Origin: Cyanophyceae cyanobacterium
GTDB lineage: Bacteria > Cyanobacteriota > Cyanobacteriia > Cyanobacteriales > Laspinemataceae
Reading direction: 5' to 3'
NCBI GenBank assembly: GCA_038321985.1
Contig: JBBQFN010000012.1
Span: forward strand, 64,001 to 128,000
Length of the DNA stretch: 64,000 bases
Positions 54,053 through 64,000 of the stretch are shown here, in pieces. The number at the start of each line of letters is the position of its first letter. The stretch's first letter is position 1. The translations under genes were made by a program, and so were the position numbers. Under the pieces are notes generated by a model that saw nothing but the letters and a program-made list of their open reading frames with translations, did not search any database and was not told the DNA's origin.

Positions 54053-55720
54053 ATGAGTCGGGGAAAAGGGAGCAAGCTGAAACTGATGGTGGTCGATGAT
54101 GAAATCGACAACCTAGACTTGCTATACCGGACGTTTCGGCGGGACTTTGACGTTTATCGAGCAGATAGTGCGTTTAAAGCTCTGGAGGCGCTGGACGAAA
54201 GCGGCGAAATGGCCGTGATTATTTCAGACCAGCGAATGCCAGAAATGAACGGCACGGAGTTTCTCAGTAAAACGGTAGAACGGTTTCCCGATACGATTCG
54301 GATTCTACTGACCGGCTACACCGATGTAGAGGACCTGGTAGAGGCGATTAACTCCGGCCAAGTATTCAAGTACATCACAAAACCGTGGAACCCTGAAGAG
54401 TTAAAGTCGGTTGTTCAGCAAGCGTCGGAAACTTACCAAGTAGTTAAGCAAAGTACGAATATCCTCCGTCGCGCCCTACGCCGGGAAGCATTATTTAATG
54501 CGGTGATGAGCGCGATTCGGGAGTCGTTGGACTATCGCAGTATGTTGCAAACGATTGTGGAAACGGTTGGCGAAAATTTTGAGGCAACTCGTTGCATTCT
54601 GCGACCTGTAGAGGGCGATCACCTCACGCCGGACTCGTTTTCCTATCTGAACCCTAACACAGGCTCCATTGATGTACCCGAGGAGGAGGATTCCCTTATT
54701 GCCACAGTCCTGGAAAGCCGTCAGACTCAATTAGTTCAGGGAGACAAAAATGGCAAGGATTCGACTCGCTTAGTTGTCCCCCTGAGTTACCAAAAGGATC
54801 TCCTCGCGGTGATGTCGGTCTACCAAGATGGCAGCGCTAACAGTTGGTCTCCTGAAGATATCCAATTGATTGAAGGGGTGACCGAACAAGCGGCCCTGGC
54901 GCTGTCTCAAGCCAAGCTCTATCAGCGCACTGAGGAGCAAGCCCAGCAAATGATGGCGGAACTAGAAGTGGCTCGCCAAATTCAAACCAATTTGCTTCGT
55001 CAAAGTTGGCCGGAATTTGAAACCGCTCGGGTTCAAGCCTCTTGCTATCCAGCTCGCGCCGTAGGCGGCGATTTCTTTGAGGTCTACGTTCATGCTCAAG
55101 GTGATATCTGGGTCGCTGTGGGTGATGTGTCCGGGAAAGGGGTACCAGCGGCGCTGTTTATGGCAAGTGCTATTTCGGTGATGCGGCGCGAACTGGCGCA
55201 AGAAACGTCGCCGGAACCCGAAACGGTCATGATGAACCTCAACAGCGCTCTAGCTGATGACTTGATGGGCAATAACTGCTTTATCACGATAGTTGTGGCC
55301 CGTTATCGACCCTCTACCCGAGAGTTAGCTTATGCCAATGCTGGACATATCTATCCCCTCGTCTGGTCTCATCACGCGTTAACTTCTTCGGATGCACCAA
55401 CCGTCGAACCCAATTTCCTCAAAGCTCGGGGAATTCCTTTGGGAATTCTCCCCGTCTGGAGAGGCACTGTTGGGAGCATGGAGTTAAATCCAGGGGAAGT
55501 GTTTCTGCTAACGAGCGATGGTCTCACGGAGGCCACCATCACCAATCCAGATGCCTCCATTGGACACCATAAGGGTTCTATGTTGGAACAAGAGGGTCTC
55601 TGGCAGTTGATCGGTCAGGAAAATCATCCCCTCGACCTCAATCACTTATTAGCTCGCGTCCGCGAAATTGCTCAAGAGCAGGAAGATGACCAAACTATAC
55701 TTTCTCTGGAGGTTCTGTAA
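54053..55720 (+). CDS. Receiver-GAF-SpoIIE (PP2C) phosphatase, RsbU-like
   Basis: VVDDE, SDQRMP, KPW; GAF domain; GGDF, GDVSGKG, NAGH, SDGL, DDQT. Confidence 0.92.
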   Translation: MSRGKGSKLKLMVVDDEIDNLDLLYRTFRRDFDVYRADSAFKALEALDESGEMAVIISDQRMPEMNGTEFLSKTVERFPDTIRILLTGYTDVEDLVEAINSGQVFKYITKPWNPEELKSVVQQASETYQVVKQSTNILRRALRREALFNAVMSAIRESLDYRSMLQTIVETVGENFEATRCILRPVEGDHLTPDSFSYLNPNTGSIDVPEEEDSLIATVLESRQTQLVQGDKNGKDSTRLVVPLSYQKDLLAVMSVYQDGSANSWSPEDIQLIEGVTEQAALALSQAKLYQRTEEQAQQMMAELEVARQIQTNLLRQSWPEFETARVQASCYPARAVGGDFFEVYVHAQGDIWVAVGDVSGKGVPAALFMASAISVMRRELAQETSPEPETVMMNLNSALADDLMGNNCFITIVVARYRPSTRELAYANAGHIYPLVWSHHALTSSDAPTVEPNFLKARGIPLGILPVWRGTVGSMELNPGEVFLLTSDGLTEATITNPDASIGHHKGSMLEQEGLWQLIGQENHPLDLNHLLARVREIAQEQEDDQTILSLEVL

Positions 55721-55723
55721 GCA

Positions 55724-56149
55724 ATGAGAACTGAGTTGCACGTCCCAAGTGACTTGCGGTTTTTGACGATTGTTGAAAGCTGGCTTTTGGGCTGTCTGGA
55801 AATGGAGCTTGGAGATCATATTGAGTGGCCTCGTCAGTCAAATCGCTTACGTTTAGTTCTGGCGGAAGCCTATTCTAATGTGGTGCGTCACGCTCACCGA
55901 GATCAACCCAATCTCCCGGTCCTGGTTCGTCTGGAACTCAAGGAACGGGATATCGCTGTAGAAGTTTGGGATCACGGAAAAGGCTACGATTTGTCTACCT
56001 ATATGGCTCCGGTCCCCGAACAAATGCCGGACGGGGGTTATGGGTGGTTAATTATGAATCGTCTGATGGACCGGGTTGAGTACAGTCTCCAAATTGATGG
56101 TCGTAACTGTCTGAAGTTGGAAGCGAGTATGTCGGAACAAAAAGTTTAA
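55724..56149 (+). CDS. RsbW-like anti-sigma factor kinase
   Basis: EAYSNVVRHA, WDHGKG, GGYGW. Confidence 0.9.
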   Translation: MRTELHVPSDLRFLTIVESWLLGCLEMELGDHIEWPRQSNRLRLVLAEAYSNVVRHAHRDQPNLPVLVRLELKERDIAVEVWDHGKGYDLSTYMAPVPEQMPDGGYGWLIMNRLMDRVEYSLQIDGRNCLKLEASMSEQKV

Positions 56150-56497
56150 GCGATTACCAGACTAAGTTCGTCGGCGATCGCTCTATTTTTTTCTGGGGTT
56201 CAGCTCGTCCGTTCGTTCAACCGGCGAGGAGTCTCCCCTTTGCTACTACTCTCTAAGCGATCGCCCCTTTACGTTCTCCTGATAGGCTTCCCTTTGATGC
56301 CGGGGTGCATTCTATAGCATTTATATTAAACCCGCTTTCGGGCAGTCCCCTGGATCACGTAGGCATTGATTAGGCACAGTTTCTGTTAAACTCATCCTTT
56401 TCATCAATGCCCACAAAAATTCAGCCCCAGTAAAAATAAAAAACTCTCTTTCCTCCTTTACCCGATTATTGATTGGATGATTTAATTTCTTAAAAAT

Positions 56498-56950
56498 TTA
56501 AGCCTTGCGTAGGTTGACTAATTCTTTCAAAGATGCTAAAAGTTTGACCCGCACTCTGAGTATTTCCGCCTCAGAATTCAGGGCAAATAACCAGCAAACA
56601 TTTACTTTAAAAAAAGCGGTCTCTACCTTTCCCGTTACTTCAAGTTGTCGGGTCTCCTCTTCCACCCACTCCTGAAATTCGGGTCGGGGATGTAGTTTCA
56701 TTCCTTTAGCTTCGGCTTCTAAATAAGCGGCGATCGCCTCGGGTCCAATGATGGGTTCCTCAAAGGGCGGCAGAAGTTGTCCCTCTTCGGCAAATAAAAA
56801 ACTCGCCGCTTCAAACTCACTCCCATTTAAACACTCAAAATATTGCTGAATGGTCTCCGGTAAACCCTCCTGTCTTCCTCCTTCGGGAATAGAATCTATA
56901 AGATTGGAGGAAGAATTATTCGCGGCGATCGTCTCTAAAGGGGTCATCAT
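56498..56950 (-). CDS. NTF2-fold C-terminal domain homologue (CTDH) of orange carotenoid protein
   Basis: YF..LN..F, PPFEEPI.G.EAIAAYL..EA.GM, VTGKV.T..F.VNV.W.F, KLLAS..EL. Confidence 0.85.
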   Translation of the reverse strand: MMTPLETIAANNSSSNLIDSIPEGGRQEGLPETIQQYFECLNGSEFEAASFLFAEEGQLLPPFEEPIIGPEAIAAYLEAEAKGMKLHPRPEFQEWVEEETRQLEVTGKVETAFFKVNVCWLFALNSEAEILRVRVKLLASLKELVNLRKA

Positions 56951-57491
56951 TATCTCCTCAAAATTTTTACTTTAATTTATAGGTATTCTAATTCTATGCC
57001 AACAAATAAAATCTAGCTGCGGAGGAAAACCAAAACTTCCGCAAGCCAGATCTGTGTTTGCCTAGGGAGAGGCAAGAACGTTGGAAAAACTTATATCAAT
57101 ATCAACTGTAGAGTTTCATCTCTTGTCGCCGATCTAGATAAAAACTTACAGTGTTTAAATTCCAGAGGTCGAAAAGTCGAGTTTACGTCACCCGCAGCCG
57201 TTACCGCTATCTCGTACAGCAGTGATGGAGCCGATTGGGTTACCCTAGCTCCCCTCTGTTTTCCTTAACTCTAATTATGTAATATTTCTTTACAAATCGC
57301 AACCCCTAGACAATCAGAATTACCAATGACTGTCTTAACCTTAAGTAATCGGAGCCCCGAACCCAGGGGACTGGCCTAGTTCCAGCCCGTTGAGAGGATA
57401 CACTAGGATCATGGGTCGTTGGTGATGAGCAGCAAGCACTAAGGAACCGTGACCCTTACGCGATCGCCTCCCCAACCCCTAAACTACAGTC

Positions 57492-58427
57492 ATGAACCCC
57501 ACCCTTACGCAAATCAAAGCTAAAGCCCAAGAACTCGGATTTCATCAAATCGGCATCGCGGCGATCGACCCCCCAGACCCCGCCCCCGTCGCGGCCTTAC
57601 AACACTGGTTAGATCAAGGTTATCACGCCGATATGGAGTGGATGAACAATCCCAGACGCAAGGATATCCGCCAAGTCATGCCGGATGTCCAATCGGCTAT
57701 CTGTGTCGCCCTCAACTACTACACCGAACACCAACGCCCCCAGGACCCCGGCTATGCCAAAATCTCTCGCTACGGTTGGGGGCGGGACTATCATAAAATC
57801 ATGCATAAAAAGCTGAAAGCCCTCACATTATGGCTACAAGCGCACAACCCGGACATTCAAGCCCGCTATTATGCCGATACGGGTCCAGTCCCGGATAAAG
57901 TTTTAGCACAACGTGCGGGAATCGGTTGGATTGCTAAAAATGGCAATGTCATCTCCCGAAACTACGGTTCCTGGCTATTTCTGGGGGAAATTCTCACAAA
58001 TTTAGCCTTAACTCCCAACTCTCCCCATGGGTCCCATTGCGGCACCTGTACCCGTTGTATCCAGGCTTGTCCCACCGGGGCGATCGTTCAACCCTTTGTG
58101 GTGGATGCCAACCGCTGCATCGCCTATCATACCATTGAAAATCGTTCAGAAACCTTACCCGATAAGATTCAACCTCACTTAAGCGGCTGGGTTGCCGGTT
58201 GTGATATTTGCCAAGATGTCTGTCCCTGGAATCAGCGCTTTGCCCAACCTACGGATGTTGATGAATTCCAACCCTATCCCGAAAACCTCTCACCTACCCT
58301 TGCTGAATTAGCGGATATCTCCGATGAAGAGTGGGACCGGCGGTTTCGATCATCGGCTTTGCGGCGAATTAAACCCAAGATGCTACGTCGCAATGCTAGG
58401 GCAAATTTAGAATTAGGAGAGGATTAA
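57492..58427 (+). CDS. queG: Epoxyqueuosine reductase
   Basis: YGWGRDYH, DTGP, CGTCTRCIQACPT, GCDICQDVCPWN. Confidence 0.95.
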   Translation: MNPTLTQIKAKAQELGFHQIGIAAIDPPDPAPVAALQHWLDQGYHADMEWMNNPRRKDIRQVMPDVQSAICVALNYYTEHQRPQDPGYAKISRYGWGRDYHKIMHKKLKALTLWLQAHNPDIQARYYADTGPVPDKVLAQRAGIGWIAKNGNVISRNYGSWLFLGEILTNLALTPNSPHGSHCGTCTRCIQACPTGAIVQPFVVDANRCIAYHTIENRSETLPDKIQPHLSGWVAGCDICQDVCPWNQRFAQPTDVDEFQPYPENLSPTLAELADISDEEWDRRFRSSALRRIKPKMLRRNARANLELGED

Positions 58428-59191
58428 TTTCGTAACGTGTGAATGAGTTGGCGTTTGATTTTTATAAATTCTGGAGTGAGTTTGGTGTCTAAATCCCGAC
58501 TTCTGGGTAAGGCGATCGCTTGTTCTTCTTTAATTTGTCCCGGATTTGCACTCATGATATAAACTCGTTGGGACAAAAAAATTCCTTCTTCGAGATCGTG
58601 AGTAATCATTAAAATGGTAGTCTGTGTTTTTTCCCACAATTGGAGGGTAAATTGCTGCATCTGTTCCTTGGTTTGGGCATCTAATGCCCCAAAGGGTTCA
58701 TCCATCAGCAAAACCTCGGGTTCATTGGCTAAAGCACGGGCGATCGCAACTCGCTGTTTCATTCCTCCCGATAGCTGTTTCGGGTAAGCATTGCTAAATT
58801 TGGTCAGTCCTACTACCTCTAAATAGTAGTTAATAATTTCCCGTTGTTGGGACTTTATCATGCCTTTGAGGGAGAGTCCAAACCCAATATTATCGGCCAC
58901 AGTTAGCCAGGGAAACAACGAGTAATTCTGAAAAATTGTCCCGCGATCGCATCCCGGACCTAATACAGGTTCTCCATCCATCAGCACTTCCCCAGATGTG
59001 GGGGTGGTTAATCCGGCTATAATACTTAATAGGGTTGATTTTCCACAGCCAGAGGCCCCAACAATACAGACGAATTCATTAGCATTGAGATACAAATTGA
59101 TATTCTGCAACGCCACAAGGCGATCAAATTGTTTATACAATCCTTTGACTTCAAGTTTCGGGCGATCCGATTCGGGTACGACTCTGTTCAT
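58424..59191 (-). CDS. Nitrate/sulfonate-class ABC ATP-binding protein
   Basis: GASGCGKST, LSGGMKQR, DEPFGALD. Confidence 0.92.
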   Translation of the reverse strand: MNRVVPESDRPKLEVKGLYKQFDRLVALQNINLYLNANEFVCIVGASGCGKSTLLSIIAGLTTPTSGEVLMDGEPVLGPGCDRGTIFQNYSLFPWLTVADNIGFGLSLKGMIKSQQREIINYYLEVVGLTKFSNAYPKQLSGGMKQRVAIARALANEPEVLLMDEPFGALDAQTKEQMQQFTLQLWEKTQTTILMITHDLEEGIFLSQRVYIMSANPGQIKEEQAIALPRSRDLDTKLTPEFIKIKRQLIHTLRN

Positions 59192-59287
59192 TTGATTAAT
59201 AAGAGATTGTTATTTTAAAATTAAACACTAGGCGCGGCGCGATTTTTTTGCGGTTTGTGTTGCAATGGTTGTGTTTTGTGCTATTAT

Positions 59288-59346
59288 ATTAGATAATGAG
59301 AGTGGTGACTGTTGCGGTATTAGAGTCACCACTCCCATTATCTAAT
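59288..59346. repeat. Long inverted repeat (23-bp arms, 1 mismatch, 13-nt loop)
   Basis: ATTAGATAATGAGAGTGGTGACT .. AGTCACCACTCCCATTATCTAAT. Confidence 0.9.
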
Positions 59347-59514
59347 GATTTTATCATAGAAATCAAGATTTAGCACAATTCTTTTTTAAAGTTGGCGCGC
59401 GGCGATCGCCGATTTTTCGTTACTCTTTCCACCGCAATTGTAACGTTATTTTAACAGCTTTGCGATCGCCACCGTAGCGGGGATGCAACTGCGATAGATT
59501 AGACGGGATTCATT

Positions 59515-60357
59515 GTGACTTTAGAGAGGATTATGCCGCGATCGCCCAAACCCTATCTTAAGCCTTCCATATTTTGGAGCATTCGACAAGGATTTCCCTA
59601 CCGACTACGGATCCTGTTAGCTATCAGCGCCCTTGCTATTCCCCTGCTGGTGTGGTCCGTTTTAAGTTATAGCGGATGGGTGTCCCCGATGCTATTGCCG
59701 ACACCCACTGCCGTCTTTAGTGCAGGCATTCAAATGTTTGTGAAAGAGAACTTATGGGCGGATGTTGTTGCCAGTTTCCTGCGGGTGACCGCGGGATTTT
59801 TCGCCGCCGCTGCCGTTGGCATTCCCATCGGGATTGCAATGGGCACATTTTATAGCATGGATAGTTTATTTAGCCCCATTGTGGGAACGGTGAGGTATAT
59901 GCCCGTCGCGGCATTTATTCCATTAATTATCGTCTGGTTTGGACTCGGGGAAAGCGCCAAAATTGTCATTATCTTTTTAGGCATTGTCTTTTATAATGCT
60001 ATTATGATAGCGGATGCAGTAAAGTTTATTCCCAATGAACTTTTAAATGCCGCTTATACCCTCGGTGCAAATCGCCGGGATATCTTATTTAGGGTCATTT
60101 TACCCGCCTCCGTTCCCAGCATTCTAGATACCTTGCGAGTGAATGTAGCCGGGGCTTGGAATTTTCTAGTTATTTCCGAATTAATTGCAGCCGATCGGGG
60201 ATTAGGATTTAGAATAGCCCGGGCGCAACGGTTTGTGCAAACCGATCGCGTGTTAGTAACAATTGTCGTGATTGGGGCGATCGGCTTATTACTGGATTTA
60301 GCCTTTAAAAACTTATCTAAACGGCTCACCCCTTGGGCAGAACATTCTCAACATTAA
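59515..60357 (+). CDS. Nitrate/sulfonate-class ABC permease
   Basis: LPTP, RYMPVAAFIPL, AAYTLGA EAA-like loop. Confidence 0.92.
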   Translation: MTLERIMPRSPKPYLKPSIFWSIRQGFPYRLRILLAISALAIPLLVWSVLSYSGWVSPMLLPTPTAVFSAGIQMFVKENLWADVVASFLRVTAGFFAAAAVGIPIGIAMGTFYSMDSLFSPIVGTVRYMPVAAFIPLIIVWFGLGESAKIVIIFLGIVFYNAIMIADAVKFIPNELLNAAYTLGANRRDILFRVILPASVPSILDTLRVNVAGAWNFLVISELIAADRGLGFRIARAQRFVQTDRVLVTIVVIGAIGLLLDLAFKNLSKRLTPWAEHSQH

Positions 60358-60418
60358 AAGGAGGCTATTTTAAGGGTAAGGACAGGGCATTGCCATGTCC
60401 TTCTTTCTAATTTTAGAA

Positions 60419-61429
60419 CTATCCCTGTTTCTCTCGGAGGGCGAGAACAAACCTAGGGTCAATGAAAGAAGTTAAATCGGGAAGTTGTTGGATTTGATTT
60501 TGGGATTGTAAGAATTGGGCAAGGGAATTCATCGTGTTTAATAAATAGACATTGCTTTGGGGATTAGCCAGCATCTCGATATTAGATTGCAAGTCAGGGA
60601 GACGCACCCCTTGCAATCCGGTTTGTAACTCATCCCCCGGAATTCCTATTTGAGTCGAGGCGATCGCCACTCCTTCCTGGGGATTGGCTTCCAGAAATTC
60701 CAACCCTTCCAATACTCCGGCAATAAACGCTTCTACCAGTTCAGGATGACTATTGGCATATTGCGTATCGAACACATAAAGGTCATTAATTGCCGTCGGC
60801 ATTTGAGATGAATCGTAAATAATTCGTCCATCAGGTTGAGCAGTATTCGCCTGTTGTAAGTAGGGGGCGTAGGTAACTGCGATCGCAATATTTCCCGTTT
60901 GATAAGCTGCCGCTGCCGCATCCGGTGGAGCATTAATTAAAGTAAAATCCCCCGAACCCAACCCCACCGTATCCAATACTTGCAACAAGAAAAAATGACT
61001 AACACTGCCTTCTTCTACTGCTATCCGCTGACCTTTAAAATCTGCTAAACTTCCAATACTACGGCGGGCCAAAATTCCATCGGCCCCCACGGAAGTATCC
61101 TGTACTAAAACAATCCGAAAATCTTTTCCTGCCGCCGCTAACGTAACCGCTTCCGATCCCACCGGAGAAACTGCATCCAGTCGCCGGGAAATAAAAGCAG
61201 TATTGGCATCCGTATTAGCATTAAAGACTTTAATATCTAAGTTCAATCCGCGTTTCTCGAAAAAGCCTTTTTCTTTAGCAATGTAAAGGGGAGTAGAACC
61301 TACCCACGTAAATAAACCCAATGCAGGGGATTGGTTCTCTGTGGGAGGAGTGCAAGCGTGTAAAGCCAGACCCCCAGCGGCACCAACGAGCATCCACAGA
61401 GTTTGACGACGAGTCCAACGTTGAGTCAT
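60419..61429 (-). CDS. SsuA/NMT1-like ABC substrate-binding protein, probable Tat lipoprotein
   Basis: TRRQTL, LHAC lipobox, PLYIAKEKGFF, S.GADGI, E.GSVSHFFL. Confidence 0.9.
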   Translation of the reverse strand: MTQRWTRRQTLWMLVGAAGGLALHACTPPTENQSPALGLFTWVGSTPLYIAKEKGFFEKRGLNLDIKVFNANTDANTAFISRRLDAVSPVGSEAVTLAAAGKDFRIVLVQDTSVGADGILARRSIGSLADFKGQRIAVEEGSVSHFFLLQVLDTVGLGSGDFTLINAPPDAAAAAYQTGNIAIAVTYAPYLQQANTAQPDGRIIYDSSQMPTAINDLYVFDTQYANSHPELVEAFIAGVLEGLEFLEANPQEGVAIASTQIGIPGDELQTGLQGVRLPDLQSNIEMLANPQSNVYLLNTMNSLAQFLQSQNQIQQLPDLTSFIDPRFVLALREKQG

Positions 61430-61771
61430 AAGTTGAGGGAAAAGAGTAGAAGCGATTATATTGTATCTGAATTAAATGAGACGAGCGATAGGCGGGTTAG
61501 AGAGAAATCTCCCAGATTGAGTATAAAGCGAGAGGGAAGGTCGCCTTAATCTGTGTCCTCATCATAACAAAACAGGCGGACGTCTCATTCTATTTTTCCC
61601 CGATCGCGATCGCCCCCTCAAACATTGGATACAATAGGAGATCGCAAACCCCACCAGGCAGCCACCCGACTGCCCCTAAATTTGCAGTAACAGGACTTCG
61701 GTACGGGTTAGCATCTCCTCTAAACTTCACGCTAAACTGGATAGCAAACCTGACTTACCCCAATTTCTACC

Positions 61772-62017
61772 ATGCTCAGTGCTACTGTCACCAATACCGG
61801 ACAAATTACTCTTCCCCAAGAAATCCGCGATCGCTTAAAACTCGTAAGCGGGAGCCAAATCAGCTTTGTGATTGATGAAGAGGGACAAGTTAAACTTTTT
61901 CCCCTGAATGTTCCCGTGCAAGAACTCTCCGGAATCTTGCACCGACCCGATCGCAAGAAAGTGACCCTGGAAGAAATGGAGAGTGCTATATCTGAGGGGG
62001 CGAATGATTGGACTTGA
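61772..62017 (+). CDS. AbrB/MazE-family antitoxin
   Basis: GQITLPQEIRDRL. Confidence 0.9.
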   Translation: MLSATVTNTGQITLPQEIRDRLKLVSGSQISFVIDEEGQVKLFPLNVPVQELSGILHRPDRKKVTLEEMESAISEGANDWT

Positions 62018-62393
62018 TACAAATATACTCGTTCGCTACCTCACCCAAGATGATCAGCAACAGTGGAAACAGGCGGCAGAGATTATCCAACAAAACCAGC
62101 CTTGTTTTATTGCCAATATTGTCCTTTGTGAATTAATTTGGGTTCTCAAAGGTAGAAACTATGGATTTACTAAAGATGAAATTATTCAGGCGATGGAGGC
62201 AATGTTACATAGTCCAACCTTTGAATTTGAAAGCCGTTCTACAGTAGACCAAGCTCTCCAACGCTATAAACAAGGGAAAGCCGATTTTTCTGATTATTTA
62301 ATTGGAGCGATCGCCCGCCAAGCCGGTTGCATAGAAACTGTGAGTTTCGATAATAAATTGAATGGAGAAAAAGGATTTCGTTGTCTGGAGTAG
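62004..62393 (+). CDS. vapC: VapC-family PIN toxin
   Basis: MIGLDTNILVR, ADFSDYLI, SFD; overlaps the antitoxin. Confidence 0.9.
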   Translation: MIGLDTNILVRYLTQDDQQQWKQAAEIIQQNQPCFIANIVLCELIWVLKGRNYGFTKDEIIQAMEAMLHSPTFEFESRSTVDQALQRYKQGKADFSDYLIGAIARQAGCIETVSFDNKLNGEKGFRCLE

Positions 62394-62544
62394 GGTTCCA
62401 TCAGGACAAGAAAGCCGGTTTCTTGACAGAATTATTTGGGACTTCAGAGAAATTTGGTAAACAAACCTGGCTTCTAACCACTACCCAATATTCATAGTCC
62501 ATGCCTATCCTGTGATTCGCCACGATCGCCCCTAAATTTGCTGT

Positions 62545-63189
62545 ATGACTCAAACCCTAGTTACACCCCCAGAAGCCGGTTCTTATATGGTTTTGTATGG
62601 CGTCAGTTGGGAGATGTATGAACAACTGCTGACTATTTTTGAGGAAAATCCAACGCCGCGCATGACTTACTACAAGGGAACTTTAGAACTGATGACTCCT
62701 GTACTGGAACATCAAACCTATAGCTGGACCTTGGGACGTCTGATTACGGCCCTATCGGAGGAACTGGAGATGGAAATTTGCGGGTTGAAATCCACAACCT
62801 GGCGATCGCAACCCAAGGAGGTCGGCAAAGAAGCCGATGAATGTTTTTATATTCAAAATGAACCGGCGATTCGGGGTAAATTAAAGATTAATTTAGCCGT
62901 AGATCCCCCACCAGATTTAGCCCTTGAAATTGATTTAACCCATTCCTCTATGAATCAAATGGATATTTATGCAGCACTAGAAATTCCCGAGGTATGGCGT
63001 TGGCAGAAGGGGAAACTCAGCCTTTATTGTTTGACTGAGACGGGTTATGTAGAATCAGAAAATAGTTTAGCTTTCGGTTCGTTTCCGGTGAAAGAATTGG
63101 CGCGGTTTATGCAGTTAGACTCGGAAAAAGGAGAAAATGCTCGACTGCGGGAATTTCGGCACTGGGTGCGATCGCAACTGCAACCTTAG
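62545..63189 (+). CDS. Uma2 (DUF820) family endonuclease-fold protein
   Basis: VSWEMY, EADECFY, PPDLALEID, IPEVW. Confidence 0.93.
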   Translation: MTQTLVTPPEAGSYMVLYGVSWEMYEQLLTIFEENPTPRMTYYKGTLELMTPVLEHQTYSWTLGRLITALSEELEMEICGLKSTTWRSQPKEVGKEADECFYIQNEPAIRGKLKINLAVDPPPDLALEIDLTHSSMNQMDIYAALEIPEVWRWQKGKLSLYCLTETGYVESENSLAFGSFPVKELARFMQLDSEKGENARLREFRHWVRSQLQP

Positions 63190-63243
63190 AGAACTGCAAT
63201 AATTCTGTAAGGCTTGGTAATTCTCAATTTTTTACGACAATCC

Positions 63244-63942
63244 CTAATTACCCGAATTTGATGCCGAGTTTCGCTGAATTTTCAACATTTGATTCGCCCC
63301 TTTTCTAAATTCATAACCCACCGATTCGACCTGCACATCAAAACTAGCATGAGATAGAGCCGCAATGACCGTTTCCAAATAGGGGGATAACTCACCCTTC
63401 AAAGTAATCAGCGGAAAAATCCGCACCGCTTCACAGACTCGCAACAGTTCAGTGATTGAATCCAAATGAAAATCCAGGGATAAATGTTCTGAATAAGAAA
63501 AAAGGAGATGAGAACAGAGTCCTAATTCAAATTGATGGTCATCAAACTCTAAATTAGGCAAAGATTGATATCGATACCGACCTTCACTTAGACCCGCTTC
63601 ATAATCTAGTAAAAACCTTTCCATTGCCGCCCAACGGGATTGTCCCAGTTCATCAGCATTTTGGAATCTCTTCCAAACATACTCCTGGGAATTTTGTCGG
63701 ACTTGAGAAACCACAGATTCATAAGTGTTTTGAACCCGCTGTTTAATTTGTTCTCCAGACCATTGATAAATGGGGTCAACGGAGATAACCGAATGTTCTA
63801 GGGCGGTCATTTCAGCATTAAAGCTGGCGGGTCCATCCCCACATCCTAATATTTTTAAATCCAAATCAGCTAGAGACAGATTAAACATTAACTGATATTC
63901 TTCTAGGGTTCTCCCCCAAGGGATAATTTCATTCAGTTTCAT
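63244..63942 (-). CDS. SAM-dependent methyltransferase-like protein
   Basis: ILGCGDGPASF, SVDPIY, LCSHLLF. Confidence 0.82.
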   Translation of the reverse strand: MKLNEIIPWGRTLEEYQLMFNLSLADLDLKILGCGDGPASFNAEMTALEHSVISVDPIYQWSGEQIKQRVQNTYESVVSQVRQNSQEYVWKRFQNADELGQSRWAAMERFLLDYEAGLSEGRYRYQSLPNLEFDDHQFELGLCSHLLFSYSEHLSLDFHLDSITELLRVCEAVRIFPLITLKGELSPYLETVIAALSHASFDVQVESVGYEFRKGANQMLKIQRNSASNSGN

Positions 63943-64000
63943 GAGTTTTGATATCCGAAGGGAGTAGAGTAAAATCTGACTATAGCACTTCTTGTCCTGG

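Larger units (their letters stand above)
1..64000. repeat. HIP1 octamer GCGATCGC dispersed across the window
   Basis: Dozens of occurrences in coding and intergenic DNA. Confidence 0.95.

Noticed and set aside
59435..59460. NtcA site
   Set aside because: GTAACGTTATTTTAAC does not fit the GTA-N8-TAC spacing
61430..61770. Guanidine-I (ykkC) riboswitch before the ABC binding protein
   Set aside because: Conserved CTAGGGTTCCG and AAAAGCCCGGGAG elements not found on the minus strand
62545..63189. Uma2 as a restriction or defence nuclease
   Set aside because: A highly expanded, scattered family in cyanobacteria; no supporting context here

Overview
A 64-kb chromosomal window from a filamentous cyanobacterium. 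The assignment rests on the very frequent HIP1 octamer GCGATCGC, ndhH, an OCP C-terminal-domain homologue, pentapeptide-repeat and Uma2 genes; Oscillatoriales-like is my inference. Much of it is housekeeping or metabolism (adhE, pgk, cysK, rbgA, rsmH, ndhH, queG, nagB, GH15/phosphorylase-kinase-like), plus a metal-homeostasis neighbourhood (mntP, MntABC-type transporter, cobalamin riboswitch-hupE-cobW). Best candidates for a second look: (1) a secreted TPR(-CHAT-like) gene, absent from the ORF track, built from ten near-identical 120-bp repeats that vary almost only on one helical face, head-to-head with a Tat-signal caspase-family protease; (2) a coupled DUF262 / DUF3696-ATPase / RelE-like three-gene operon of Menshen-like anti-phage architecture; (3) a MidA/NDUFAF7-type methyltransferase directly behind ndhH, which keeps the target arginine; (4) 11-bp-phased ATGA boxes in front of both the Mn importer and the Mn exporter; (5) a B12 riboswitch whose RBS-sequestering hairpin controls a 28-codon uORF rather than hupE. 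I found no rRNA, tRNA, CRISPR array or transposase. All family assignments come from motif recognition, not database searches.
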